The notes under the pieces: generated by a model | Seen by the model: only the letters and a program-made list of their open reading frames with translations | Told to the model about the DNA's origin: nothing | Databases searched by the model: none | Shown here: positions 24,602 to 37,760 of the stretch, in pieces | Layout of the letters: every line of letters starts with the position of its first letter | Numbering within the stretch: position 1 is the first letter of the stretch | Assembly (NCBI RefSeq): GCF_006345805.1 | Contig: NC_042997.1 | Span: 201,314,001 to 201,378,000 of the forward strand | DNA length: 64,000 nucleotides | Reading direction: 5' to 3' | Source: Octopus sinensis | Taxonomy: Eukaryota | Program-made: the position numbers and the translations under genes

Positions 24602-26115
24602 AAGTTCAGCAAAATTTAGATTCAGATGAATATGGTACTTAAGTTAAAGGCACCAGAATTTGGTATGGTATTATCCATATAATCACCCCAGTTGCTTATT
24701 TTGATATATATGTGTGTATATATATGTGTCTATATATATATAGTTAGTTTCCAGAGCGGTTATACTTTTTATATATATGTTAAGTTCCTTGGTAAAGTAA
24801 TTTTGTTTGGTGTATATGTTGAGGCTTATATGTACTTGTGGGTGTGTGTGAGTGGGGTGGGAGTTTGTATTTGTTATGGGTGTGGTGGTTTACGAGGTGT
24901 TTGTGTGTGATTGTATAGGTTAAATGAATTGCTATATAAGTATGTTTTAGTGTTTAGTAAAGGGAGGTTTTAATCATTTCTGTTTTGTGAGTTTTAGATT
25001 ATCATGGTAGTTTTATAAATGAATCCATTCATAATTTTGTGTTTATTTGTCTGTGTGGGGTTTAGTGGGTTTTGGAGTATATGTGAGTTTTATATGTATG
25101 TATTGGTATGTGTAAGTGGTGTGGGTATTTGTATATGTCGTGGGTGTGTGGTTTACGTGTGTGTATTTGTGTGTGAATGTTTAGGTTAGGGGGATTGCTA
25201 TATAGGTTTGTTATAGAGTTTAGTAAAGGGAGATTTTATCATTATATTTTTTATGAATTTTTTATCATGGTAGTTTGATAAGGAATTTGTAGTAATTGTG
25301 TATATTTGCGATGTCTGTTGTTTTATTGCATTGTTTCATTCATAATTTTTAAGTAGTGTTTGTTTTACAAAGTGTATATAATTTTTAATTCCATTTATTC
25401 CATTTCTCCGTTCATAGTTTTGAGTGATGTCCGTTTTCTAGAGCGTGAATGTGGGTTGTATGTGTGTGTGTGTGGGAGTATGAATAAGTATTGTGTTGAA
25501 GTATTTAGCTATTTTATTTATTTATAGTTGCCTAGACATTTTTATGTGTATGTATAGGGATATATATATAGGTGTGTGATTTAGTGTATGTAGTTAGATA
25601 TGGTTATATATAATTAGGTATATGCGTATGGGTGTATATATAGTTTATTATTATATTATTATTTTTTTTTTGTTTTGTTTTATATTTTATATTTTATATT
25701 TTATATTTTATATTTTATATTTTATATTTAATTGTTGATAGGTTTTTTAGTTTATATATTGTTTATATATTGTTTATATATGGATTATAGATAGGTTATA
25801 TATGGATTATATACTTATATTTTTTCATTCATACTTTAATTATTTTAAAATTATTATTTTTATATTTTAAAATATTGATTTTTAGATTGGAAGTCCACCT
25901 GAAGATTGTCGATCAAGACAAGAAACGATTGTAGTGGCGGTTTTTTTGAATATTTATTAAAATTTTATGTATAATTAAGTCTTTCCTTGTTTGTTTTGCA
26001 AAATAGTGGTTTTGTCTCGAATAATATTTATAATATTTTACTATAAAATCGATTTAATCATAATCTGATTTTTTCCCTGTAAATTTGGATTTATTCCCTA
26101 ATATTTATTATTATG
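24602..26115 (+). mobile_element. About 1.5 kb G/T-rich, C-poor non-coding element between (TA)n tracts with a 3' hammerhead (putative non-autonomous PLE)
   Basis: Strong strand bias, no ORF, HHR about 180 bp from the 3' end, microsatellite flanks. Confidence 0.6.
25895..25937 (+). ncRNA. Minimal type I hammerhead
   Basis: CCAC-CUGAAGA-UUGUC-gaucaa-GACAA-GAAA-C-GAUU-GUA^GUGG; all three stems pair. Confidence 0.85.
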
Positions 26116-26138
26116 TATATATATATATATATATATAT

Positions 26139-26205
<67 letters not shown>

Positions 26206-26628
26206 TTGGATTGGCTCGTGTGCTGGTGACATGTAAAAAGTGCCATTCAAGCGTGATCATTGCCAGTGTCGCCTTACCAGCACATGTGCTGGTGGCATGG
26301 GAAAATCAACATTCAAGATAGATAGATAGATAGAGCGAGAGATAGATATAAATACTGATGATGATGATGATAAAAACACATTTACTGTATATATATATAA
26401 TTTTATATTCTTTTATTCTTTTGTTTGTTTCAGTTATTTGATTGTGGCCATGCTGGAGCACCACCTTTAGTCGAGCAAATCAATCCCAGGACTTATTCTT
26501 TGTAAGACTAGGACTTATACTATCAGTCTCTTTTGCCAAACCGTTAAGTTATTAGGTCATAAACACACCAGCATCGGTTGTCAAGCAATGTTAGGGGGAC
26601 AAGCATATACATACATATACATACATAC

Positions 26629-26671
<43 letters not shown>

Positions 26672-27894
26672 ATATATATTATATAATCATCTGTCCCTCA
26701 TGTCGGTGGCAGATAAAGGCACCCACTACACTCTCGGAGTGGTTGGTGTTAGGAAGGGCATCCAGCTGTAGAAACTCTGCCAGATCAGATTGGAACCTGG
26801 TGTAGCCATCTGGTTCGCCAGTCCTCAGTCAAATCGTCCAACCTATGCTAGCATGGAAAGTGGATGTTAAACGATGATGCTGCTGATGATGATGATATAT
26901 ATATTCATATATATATATATACATGATGGGCTTCCTTCAGTTTCCATCAACCACATCCAAAGAAGGGAATTAGAATTAAATTATATTAAAAAGTTATATA
27001 TATTAGTTGTGGTAAGCAGCTTGCTCACCAACCACATGGTTCCAGGTTCAGTCTCACTGCATAGCACCTTAGGCAAGTGTCTTCTACAGTAGCCTCAGGC
27101 CAACCAAAGCCTTCTGAGTGGATTTGGTAGACGAAAACTGAAAGAAGCCCGTCGTATATATGTATATATATATATAAGTGTGTGTGTATGTTTGTGTGTC
27201 TGTGTTTGTCCCCCCAATATCATTTGACAACCAATGCTGGTGTGTTTATGTCCCCATAACTTTACGGTTCTGCAAAAGAGACCGATAGAATAAGCACTAG
27301 GCTAACAAAGAATAAGTCCTGGGGTCAATTTGCTCGACTAAAGCAGTGCTCCAGCATGGCTACAGTCAAATGGCTGAAACAAGAAAAAGAGTAAAAGAGC
27401 AAACACTGTAAGTGAATCCAAGGGTGGCAGTGATTATTGATATCATATGCACTCATTTCTGCTTAAATATTTATTTGATAAAATACAGTTTTCTGTCTTT
27501 TATATTGCCGGGAATTAATTGGATGGTCTGTAGAACTAAAAATTCTGTTGGAGCGGAGATGATGGAACTGGGACAATAGCTGAAGGTGATGGGCATTCGA
27601 TGAAAACTACAATATTTTTGGCATGTTATCAGGGGTCACACCCTCTGTACATACATCTATGAAATAATCAATTAAATATTGAGAAGCATTGATGTAGGTT
27701 AAACTAGAGAAAGAATAAAGCAATAAAAGCCACCATATATAAATAAATCTAAAACTGGAGAAAAGTTAGGACAATTGTTGGTCAGAAGCACATGTCTGAG
27801 TGTTCTTTTATCTCCAGATAATAAGCCTGTCGTTTTCCTTGATGGTATGTCAAGGATAAATTTTTGACTATTTTGCCTTTTCACAAATCAAAAT

Positions 27895-28525
27895 CACTGA
27901 CGTGGTCGGTGACAATACTGCCTGACCGGCACTCGTGCCAGTGGAACGTTAAAAGCACATCCGAGCATGATCGTTGCCAGGGCCACGGATTGGCTCCCAT
28001 GCCAATGGCATGTGAAAAGCACCATTCAAGCATGATCGTTGCCAGGGCCACAGATTGGCTCCTGTACCAGTGGAATGTGAAAAGCACCATTCAAGCGATA
28101 GTTACCAGGGCCACGGATTGGCTCCTGTGCTGGTGACATGTGAAAAACACCATTCAAGCGTGATCATTGCCAGTGTCGCCTTACCAGCACATGTGCTGGT
28201 GGCATGGGAAAAACAACATTCAAGCATGGTCATTGCTAGTGCCACCGGACTGGCTCTCATGCAGGTAGCATGTAAAAAACACCTTTTGAGCATGGTTGTT
28301 GCCAGAACCACCTGACTGGCCCTCATGCCAGTGTTACGTATAAGCACCCACTACACTCCCTGAGTGGTTGACATTAGGAAGGGCATCCAGCTGTGGAAAC
28401 TTTTCCAGACCAGATTGAGCCTGATGCAGCCTCTGGCTCACCAGTCCTCAGTCAACCCGTCCAACTCATGCCAGCATGGAAAGCAAACATTAAACAATGA
28501 CGACGATGATGATGATGATGATGAA
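27895..28525 (+). mobile_element. Long copy of the (GAT)n-tailed family with internal imperfect ~57-60 bp tandem subrepeats
   Basis: Repeated tgtgaaaagcaccattcaagcatgatcgttgccagggccac units precede the common 3' end. Confidence 0.85.
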
Positions 28526-30200
28526 CTGAACTAGTTTTAATTATGATTTTGAAATCATGCTACATCCAAAGGAGGCTGAGGTAGTTTTAATAAATGAAGA
28601 ATTGTATGCTATTTGATATACGTGTATTTGTCAATAAATGTTTGTCGTTGGTTAGGGTCTCTTTGGAAGGGACAAAGGTATCTTAAATTACAGACAGTAA
28701 ATAAAAGGAGCCGACAGGAACTTTACTTCAAAACAAAGACTTTGCTCCATTTCAATCATTTCTGTGAGAAATTCTTTTAATATATTTGACCATTAACAGT
28801 TATGGCCAACCATTAGAAAGAAGTATGGAGACATTATTAACTTTCAGAAATTTTCAAAATATCTGTAACTTTTCCAATAACTGTGAAGTTTACTCTTCAT
28901 CAATTCAAAATGTGGTTTTCCTAAGACATTTACAATCTTGCACAGCTAAATTCTTCACACCCAGACAAGAAACACAGAAATTATTTTGCACCCTAAATAT
29001 CCAATCCTACTTTTATTATTTTCACAATTCTGCCATTGATCTTAAAGTTTCTTCTTTTCAAAAACTATTGTCACCTTCAATGAAACATTCTCCAGTGTTT
29101 ATTCCACCAATAATATTTACCACATTTTACAGAACTGGTGTCAGAACTAAAATAAAGAACCAATCAGAAAGTGAATAGAATGATTGGTCTGACTATATTC
29201 TTCAAAGGTATAGGTATGGCTGTGTAGAAGGTGGCGAGCTGGCAGAAATGTTAGCACGCCGAGCGAAATGCTTAGTTGTATTTCGTCTGCTGTTACATTC
29301 TGAGTTCAAATTCCACCGAGGTCGACTTTGCCTTTCATCCTTTCGGGGTCGATAAACTAAGTACCAGTTATGCACTAGGGTCGATGTAATCGACTTAATC
29401 CATTTGTCTGTCCTTGTTTGTCCCCTCTGTGTTTAGCCCCTTGTGGGCAGTAAAGAAACAGGTATGGCTTTTATTATAATTGCTAATCAAGGTGGCGAGC
29501 TGGCAGAAATGTTAGCACGCCGGGCGAAATGCATAGCTGTATTTCGTCTGCTGTTACGTTTTGAGTTCAAATTCCACCGAGGTCGACTTTGCCTTTCATC
29601 CTTTCGGGGTCGATAAACTAAGTACCAGTTACGCACTGGGGTCGATATAATCGACTTAATCCGTTTGTCTGTCCCCTGTATGTTTAGCCCCTTGTGGGTA
29701 GTAAAGAAATAGGTATAGGCATGGCTGTGTGGTTAAGAATCTTGTCTTGCAATCATGTGGTTTCAGGTTCAATTCCAATGTGTGGTACTTTGTTTGAATG
29801 TCTTCTTCAATAACCCTGGGCTGATCAATGTCTTCTGAGTGGAATTGGTAGATAGGGATTGTGTGAAAACCTATCATATATACATGTGTGTGTGTGTGTG
29901 TGTTTAGAGGGGTTTGTTTGTGTCAGTGTTTGCCGCTGACTGATTGATTGATAAATAGAGAGAAAGAAAGAGAGGGATGACAGACTTCTTCCAGCTACTG
30001 TCAACCAAATTCACTCATGAGGCTTTGGGTGACCCAAGTATAAGGTGGAAAACACTTGCAAAAGTTTTCTGTCTTGCATTCTTATGGTAACTGGTACTTC
30101 GTCTTTTGTTTATTTCCATAAACCTGCCTTCATCTTTTGTCTATTTTCATAAAGCTTCCCGTTATATATATATATATATACATATATATAATATATATGT

Positions 30201-30508
30201 GGAGGCGCAATGGCCCAGTGGTTAGGGCAGCGGACTTGCGGTCGTAGGATCGTGGTTTTGATTCCCAGGCCGGGCGTTGTGAGTGTTTATTGAGCGAAGA
30301 CATCTAAAGCTCCACGATCTCCAGCAGGGGGTGGTGGCGATCCCTGCTGTATTCTTTCGCCACAACTTTCTCTCACTCTTTCTTCTGTTGGCCTGCTCGT
30401 TTAGCCAGCAGGGTGGCATCATTTGAAGACTAAAACAATGCGAAGCGCATTGTGACCAGCGATGTGTAGCAACATCTGATAGCCTGGTCGGTCATGTGAT
30501 CATGTGAT
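30201..30508 (+). mobile_element. tRNA-derived SINE with an alternative (CATGTGAT)n tail
   Basis: Same head as 47995-48405 but a different 3' module. Confidence 0.85.
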
Positions 30509-31910
30509 AATATATATAAAAGATTCTTCTTCTCAAAACGATTTCAGTCCAAAGGTTCCTTCTCTTATAAACTCCCAAAAGTTATGAATTCAACTCTTTT
30601 GTTGTGATCAGTTATAACTATGTTTAGTTGGTTTGTTATCAATAGAAACATCCAACATTTATCTTCAGTTTCAAAAGAGTTACATAAAAAAGAAAAGACA
30701 ACTGTGTTTTCCACCAAAGAGTCTTCAGCCTATTTTAGATTAATTTTATATAGAAATATGAAATCAAATACCAAATATCAAATATCAAGGCTTTGAGCTT
30801 GTATAACAGTCAGTGTATCATATTTTCATGTAGCACTAACATCATCTTCCAGCTCAGCAATCCTTGGAGGAAATAAAATCAAAAACATTAAAACTATTAC
30901 AAAAATATTGAATGAAAATCTGTGCATTTTAAATATAAGTATTATACAAAAAGTATCAAAATATAAAATTTTCATCTACAGGAATGTTTGATATGATAAC
31001 TACTTCAAAAAGGAATGTTTAAGTGATGAAACCATGTGATCTGTAATATGGATTACCAATGAATATCTTCCATATAATATTACTATCAGAGTTGCTTTTG
31101 TTTTGTGTTGTTTTGTTGATTTTATTTATTATTATTTTGTTTTTACTTTTTACTTTTTATTCACTCTTACCATTTAGACAGAAACTTCTGAACCATTATT
31201 TTGTTTTATGAATAATTTGTTAGAGAGAAGCAATTATTCCGGATCATAGGACAACTGTAAATATCTGATCTGCTCTTTTTTGTTTTTGTTTAGAATTGGT
31301 ACTAAATTGGTGAGAAAGATACTCCAGGAAAACGCTATTCAATCACATGAGAGATTCCAGTGAGATAAGATAGAATATTTTATTGCATTATGCCTTATAG
31401 AATATGAAGGAAATTGCCAAAATATTACTTCTGATGGAAATTAATATAATCATGCCATACGAAAAATGAAAAGATCCAATTTGGCAAATTATAAAATTGC
31501 TAAATGTCACTGCAAATTCCCTATGATTAGTCTCAGTAGACTATATTTGGACATTAGAGCAGTTTCTGTACATATCTGCTATTTGTATAAACAAATTGGC
31601 TCAAATAGAAAAATGGACATTGCAAATGGGAATTGGACTGGATTGATCAATTCTTAATGAAATACCTTAACAGGTTATTTATGGCAATAATTAGGCTTAA
31701 ACATAGTTTGGTAAAGCAACGACTGTCATGTCTGTTTTCTTATTTAAGCTATATTTTATACAGTTTTTCATTTGTATAAATTTATTCATGTAAAACAGGC
31801 ATGAACATTAGTAGAAAATAGGTAATTTCTAATCTAATAAATTATATTGTAATATATAAATGCTTGGGCAGGAGAGGGCAAAGATAAGCAACAGCAGTGT
31901 ATATTATACA

Positions 31911-32960
31911 TACATATATAGATATACATGTTTGTATATGTGTGTGTGTGTGTGTGTGTGGATCCATAAATACACAACGCATATATATAAATATATATGA
32001 TAAATGAAAGACAGAATTCTTTTATTTGTTTATTCTTTCATTTGTTTCAGTCATTTGACTGCGGCCATGCTGGAGCACCACCTTTAGTCGAGCAAATCAA
32101 CCCCAGGACTTAATCTTTGTAAGCCTAGTACTTATTCTATCAGTCTCTCTTGCCGAACCGCTAAGTGACAGGGATGTAAACACACTAGCATCGATTGTCA
32201 GGCGATGTTGGTGACACACACACACACACATATATATGACAGGCTTCTTTCAGTTTCCATCTACCAAACCATTCACAAGGCTTTAGCCAACCCGAGGCTA
32301 TAGTAGAAGACACTTGCCCAAATTATCACTCAGTAGGACTGAACCCAGAACCATGTGGTTGGTAAGTAAGCTACTTATCACACAGCCACTCCTGCATACA
32401 TATATAGATATACATGTTTATATATGTGCGTGCGTGTGTGTGTGTGTGTGAATCCATAAATACACAACGCATATATATAAATATATATGATAAATGAAAG
32501 ACAGAATTCTTTTATTTGTTTATTCTTTCATTTGTTTCAGTCATTTGACTGCGGCCATGCTGGAGCACCACCTTTAGTCGAGCAAATCAACCCCAGGACT
32601 TAATCTTTGTAAGCCTAGTACTTATTCTATCAGTCTCTCTTGCCGAACCGCTAAGTGACAGGGATGTAAACACACTAGCATCGATTGTCAGGCGATGTTG
32701 GTGACACACACACACACACATATATATGACAGGCTTCTTTCAGTTTCCATCTACCAAACCCATTCACAAGGCTTTAGCCAACCCGAGGCTATAGTAGAAG
32801 ACACTTGCCCAAATTATCACTCAGTAGGACTGAACCCAGAACCATGTGGTTGGTAAGTAAGCTACTTATCACACAGCCACTCCTGCATACATATATAGAT
32901 ATACATGTTTATATATGTGCGTGCGTGTGTGTGTGTGTGTGAATCCATAAATACACAACA
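31911..32960. repeat. Near-identical ~490 bp tandem duplication (2 units plus a partial) containing a SINE
   Basis: 31911-32396 matches 32397-32888, including private SINE substitutions. Confidence 0.92.
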
Positions 32961-32974
32961 CATATACATAGACA

Positions 32975-33037
<63 letters not shown>

Positions 33038-33149
33038 CATATGGCAAATGAAAGCTGGAAGATGGAATATAAGCCACCAGGTGTAAACCATTCGTGTTTT
33101 TATCAATTATATAAATATATATATTCGTATATATATACATATATATATA

Positions 33150-33320
33150 TACATATATACACATATATCTTAGTTTGATTTGAAAACTCCACTAGAATGG
33201 GAGAAAGCGCTAATGATCTAAGTGATATGATATATATATATAAAAAATGTAATATACAAATAAATATCTGTAAATATAAACCATCCGATCTTCTGAGTAC
33301 CTCATTTCTTCTAATATATA
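33150..33320. repeat. Dispersed repeat, inverted copy at about 62060-62205
   Basis: ccactagaatgggagaaagcgctaatgatctaagtgatatg...ccatccgatcttctgagtacc is near-identical to the reverse complement of 62060-62205; both copies lie in AT microsatellites. Confidence 0.8.
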
Positions 33321-34334
33321 ATACCTGTACATCATCTCCAAACCTTCCAATACATATATACACATATACACACATGAATGTATTCATATGCACGCACATG
33401 CACATGAACACACACACACACACACACATATATTTCATAATTTATTCCATCGTTTGAATGTCTTTGCATTATTTTTTGTTGCTGTTGACCACCGTTAATT
33501 TTCCTGTATTCCCTTTCACAATACATTGTAGAAATCACACTCATACACTCTTACATACATATACACAAATTACTTTCATCATCATCATCATCGTTTAACA
33601 TCCGCTTTCCATGCTAGCATGGGTTGGACGGTTCAACCGGGGTCTGTGAAGCCAGAAGGCTGCATCAGGCCCAGTCTGATCTGGCAGTGTTTCTACAGCT
33701 GGATGCCCTTCCTAATGCCAACCACTCCGTGAGTGTAGTGGGTGCTTTTTACAGGTGCCAGACGGAGCTGGCAAATGGCCACGAATGGATGGTGCTTTTA
33801 CGTGCCACCGGTACGGGGGCCAGACAGGGCAGCGCCAGCAACGGCCACAATCGGATGGTTTGCTTAACCACAGCTGCAATTTCCACTGATGTTGATCGAC
33901 CTCAATTTTGGTTCTGCTTTCTGATATCTGATTTGATTTGGTTTGATTTTCATTTTGATTTTGACTGTTCTTATACAATAAAGAAATATGTTTATTCCAC
34001 TCGACAGGGTTACTAAGGTAAAACAGAAAAGTACAATCAAGAAATAATTCATTATCATCATCATCACCGTTTAACGTCTGTTTTCCATGCTAGCATGGGT
34101 TGGACGGTTCGACCGGGGTCTGGGAAGCCAGGAGGCTGCACCAGGCTCCAGTCTGATCTGGCAGTGTTTCTACAGCTGGATGCCCTTCCTAATGCCAACC
34201 ACTCCGTGAGTTTAGTGGGCGCTTTTTATGTGCCACCAGCACAGGTGCCAGAGGAGGCTGGCAGCGGCCATGATCGGCTGGTGCTTTTACATGCCACTGG
34301 TACAGAAGCCAGTCAGTTAACATATACAAAACTA

Positions 34335-35485
34335 ATGAGAAGAGATATCAAAAAGATACCCAGATGAATAATATTTAATATAAAAGTAACTTATTTACCT
34401 AAGTTTTAACATCATTTCCTTTGAAATAGTCACCTTGTGCAGCAATACACCAGTCTCAAGGTTCCTGCCGCTTTTGGGAAGTCATTTTCCATTAGTGAGT
34501 CGAAGACCTTCTGCAATTTGCTCTTGATCCCGATGGTGATCTTAGAGTCGCATTTTCCTCTTAGGGAAGAGATGGAAGTTCACATATGCTAGATCTGGTG
34601 AATAAGGTGGGTGCAGAAGCGATTCCATGTTGTTTTTGGTGAGTGTAAATAGTAATACACAGTAAGATATTTTGATATGCATAAAAGAATTTCCTTTAAA
34701 AAACATGGTTTAAAAATTCTATTCATTTTTTTTTTATATTCCACCCATCTTTGACTGATGGAAGTCCTGACAGAGAGTAACAAGAAATATTTGATGTAGT
34801 CTCTGAGGTTGTTCTATGTAGCAACCAGATCATCTGCTTCAATATATTCTCTGCTATGTGTAACTCTTAGAACAGATTGATGTCTATTAACTCTTTAGTG
34901 TTTAAACTGGCCATACCAGGCCAAAATTGTCTTCCTGTTATATGCTCAAACCAGCCAGCTCTGACCTCTCACACCTACCCTACAAAGTCATTCCAAAAAT
35001 AAACAGGGACATCATCAAAATCTCAGAGTTACAAGATGCTGTACAATTAATTTAAAACAATGTAATTAAACAGGCTTTGCATTTGACAGAGTAATCTGAA
35101 TGCTAAAGGGTTAAAGATGGTATGGCTTTTATTTTGGTGAGTTTGTGAGGAGATCTCGATGACAAGGTGCGCTGTCATTGTGAAGAATCCAGTTCTTCAC
35201 ACTCCACAAATCCGATCCCTTTGTTCTCCCTCAAATGCTTCAAAACGTTGATGATTCTCCTCCGAAGGTCTTCAAGCTGATAAATTTCCTTCACATTTCT
35301 AGGGATGATGCTTGTAGCAAGTCTTCCAGATCCCTCCCATTTTCCAGGGATGTTCTTCTGCTTTTGAAATGCCCATGCCTGTTGAAACATTGCGTATGAT
35401 TCCTTGCATCATCACCTTAAGCTTTCCAAAGCATTCTCAGTGTCTCTATAGCAGACATCCTAAGTTTAATGCAAAATTTCCTGTT
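34335..35485 (-). mobile_element. Degenerate mariner transposon interrupted by an insertion at 34645-35131
   Basis: Minus-strand fragments KFCIKLRMSAIETLRMLWKA*GDD, LHNDSAP, LHPPYSPDLA and CIAAQGDYFKG. Confidence 0.78.
34891..35110. mobile_element. TTAA MITE with a demonstrable empty site
   Basis: TTAA-ctctttagtg...tgctaaaggg-TTAA; the paralogous sequence at about 21255 has a single TTAA. Confidence 0.88.
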
Positions 35486-35488
35486 GGG

Positions 35489-35735
35489 GGTTAAGAGCAC
35501 AGGCTACTAACCCCAAGATTACAAGTTTAATTCCATGGCAGTCACCAGAATAATAATAATAATAACATTGAAAAATACCTTAGGAATGAAAACCCAGGTT
35601 CAAAATTTCCCCAAGACACTTGATGAAGGCTGGAGGGTATATCAGCCGAAATGTTGTGTTAACAAGAAAGATGAGGACAAATATCCGTTAAATGTAAATA
35701 ATGTATATAATTCCTCATCTCTTAAATATAGAACT
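35489..35735 (+). mobile_element. tRNA-headed HHR SINE-like element (copy with complete HHR layout at 35615-35660)
   Basis: ggttaagagcacaggctactaaccccaag..agtttaattcc head, then (AAT)n, then GACAC-(T)TGATGA-A-GGCTG-N10-CAGCC-GAAA-T-GTT-GTGTT. Confidence 0.82.
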
Positions 35736-37199
35736 AAATTACACTTATATTGTCTGTACAAGTGTTTCATATCAATAGTCTGTTGCTGTGGTCAATTTGC
35801 AAATAGAAAGTATGTATATATATTATGAGAATTCTTTATACTTTTGGCTTTAAAATATTCTTTATTAACGATTATGGGTCTACAACTGCTATAAGCTAGA
35901 GATTTATTGCACTTTATTACTTTAGGAGTGGAGATGCGTGGATTAGTGGTTAGGGTGTTGAATTCATGATCGTAAGGTTGTGGTTTCAATTCTTGGACTG
36001 GGCGATGCATTGTGTTCTTGAGCAAAACACTTCATTTCTGTTGCTCCAGTCCACTCAGCTGGCAAAAATGAGTAATCCTGCTACGGACTGGCGTCCCATC
36101 CAGGTGGGGAATTTCTACACCACTGAAACTGGGAAACCGGCCCTAATGAGCCTGGCACGGCTCAAGAAGGAACATTTATTTTTTTAATTTATGTATTACT
36201 TTAGGAGATTATTCTAGATCTTTTCTACACTTGGCACATGGCCTGAAATTTTTGGGGAGGGGGCCAGTCGATTAGATCGACCTCAGTATACAACTGGTAC
36301 TTAATTTATCGAAACGCAAAGTTGAATTTGAACTCAGAACGTAACGACAGACGAAATACTGCTAAGCATTTCGCCCGGCATGCTAACATTTCTGCTAGTT
36401 CACTGCTTTAGAAATTACACTTATATTGTCTGCACAAGTGTTTCATATCAATAGTCTGTTGCTGTGGTCAATTCACAAATAGAAAGTATGTATATGCATT
36501 ATGAGAATTCTTTACTTTTGGCTTTAAAATATTCGTTATTAACGATTATGGGTCTACAACTGCTATAAGCTAGAGATTTATTGCGCTTTATTACTTTGGG
36601 AAATTATTCCAGATGTTGTATAATAAGATATTAATGTAATTTTAGTCATATTAAAAATGACGCATTTTACAGAACAGTTTTAAAATTACATTATAAAAGT
36701 AATTGTACTAATATTAATTTTCAACATTAAATCTAACTTCTTTATTTATTCATGATCTACGGCTGCTGTAAGAAAATCATTTTTAACTTTCCAAACTGAG
36801 TGAAAGATGAATATAAACCATTCTGATTGCCAAGGGTATCTAATCGGGAAATTTTTTCAAACAAAATGTATAAAAAAATGTAAGCATGTGTAAATTTCAG
36901 AATCGTTATTCGGACAACGATTTTTTCAAATAATAAAGTATTTGATATGGGTGTAATTCATTTACCAACATATTTTTTGAAAAGTAAAAATATTGATGTA
37001 AATGCAGAGTGTGTGTTAAAGAACAGGTTTTGAAACAACAAAGCATTGTTAGGAATGTAACATGTGCCAAAAACCTGTTTGCATAATAATAAAGTGCTTT
37101 CAGGGGAGAAAAGTATGTGGAAGTATATTTTAAAAACAATAAAGTATTGTTAAAGCACAACTGTTTGTCAAACCTAGATTTTGGAATAGTAAAGAATAG

Positions 37200-37372
37200 A
37201 GGGCAATATTCCTAAATAATCAGGAGCTATTTTCAATTTTTTTAGTATTTCCATGTGGTGGATATTGGTCGGAAAAATAATGATTTCTTACATAGGTACA
37301 ATGCTACAAATTTTAAGGTGTGCTATCTATCAAGTAAATAAATTGCGATAACTAACTGCTACTTATTTTATG
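37200..37372. repeat. Direct repeat of 39738-39908; probable TE 5'/ORF fragment
   Basis: About 170 bp with high identity; the minus strand of the second copy opens [41 protein letters not shown]. Confidence 0.6.
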
Positions 37373-37760
37373 TCAAAAACGTTTTTAGAATTGTATTGTT
37401 GAGAGGACAAGGCATGTCATAAAGGGTTTATATGAAGTTAAGTATTGTCAGAGGTGTAAGATGTGTTTCGAAAATACAGTTTGTAGAAGAGTAAAGAAAT
37501 ACTGGGAATGTAATACGTGTGTCGAAGTAGATTTTAGAAAAGTTGTGTGGGATGCAACAAGTGTTGAAAACAGTTTTTTGAACTGTAAAATTGTTAAGAG
37601 ATGAAAATCGTATCGAAAACAAATTTTTGGAACAGTAAAATATTGTTTGATGCCGAACTCGTCTCAAAAAAGTTTGTTTTCTAAACAGCAAAGTACTGTT
37701 AGGAGTGGAATTTGAGTAAAAAACATTTTTTCTACTGTTCTCTCTCTCTATATATATATA

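Noticed and set aside
27895-28330. CRISPR-like periodic array
   Set aside because: Units are wholly homologous with no unique spacers; they are internal subrepeats of a dispersed eukaryotic element, and there are no cas genes.
28786-29178. 130-aa plus-strand ORF
   Set aside because: Non-ATG start, no recognisable motif or splice support; the antisense frames I read contain stops.
31294-31363. Possible plus-strand terminal exon (IGTKLVRKILQENAIQSHERFQ*)
   Set aside because: Good acceptor but too short, no homology recognised, and no upstream partner exon identified.
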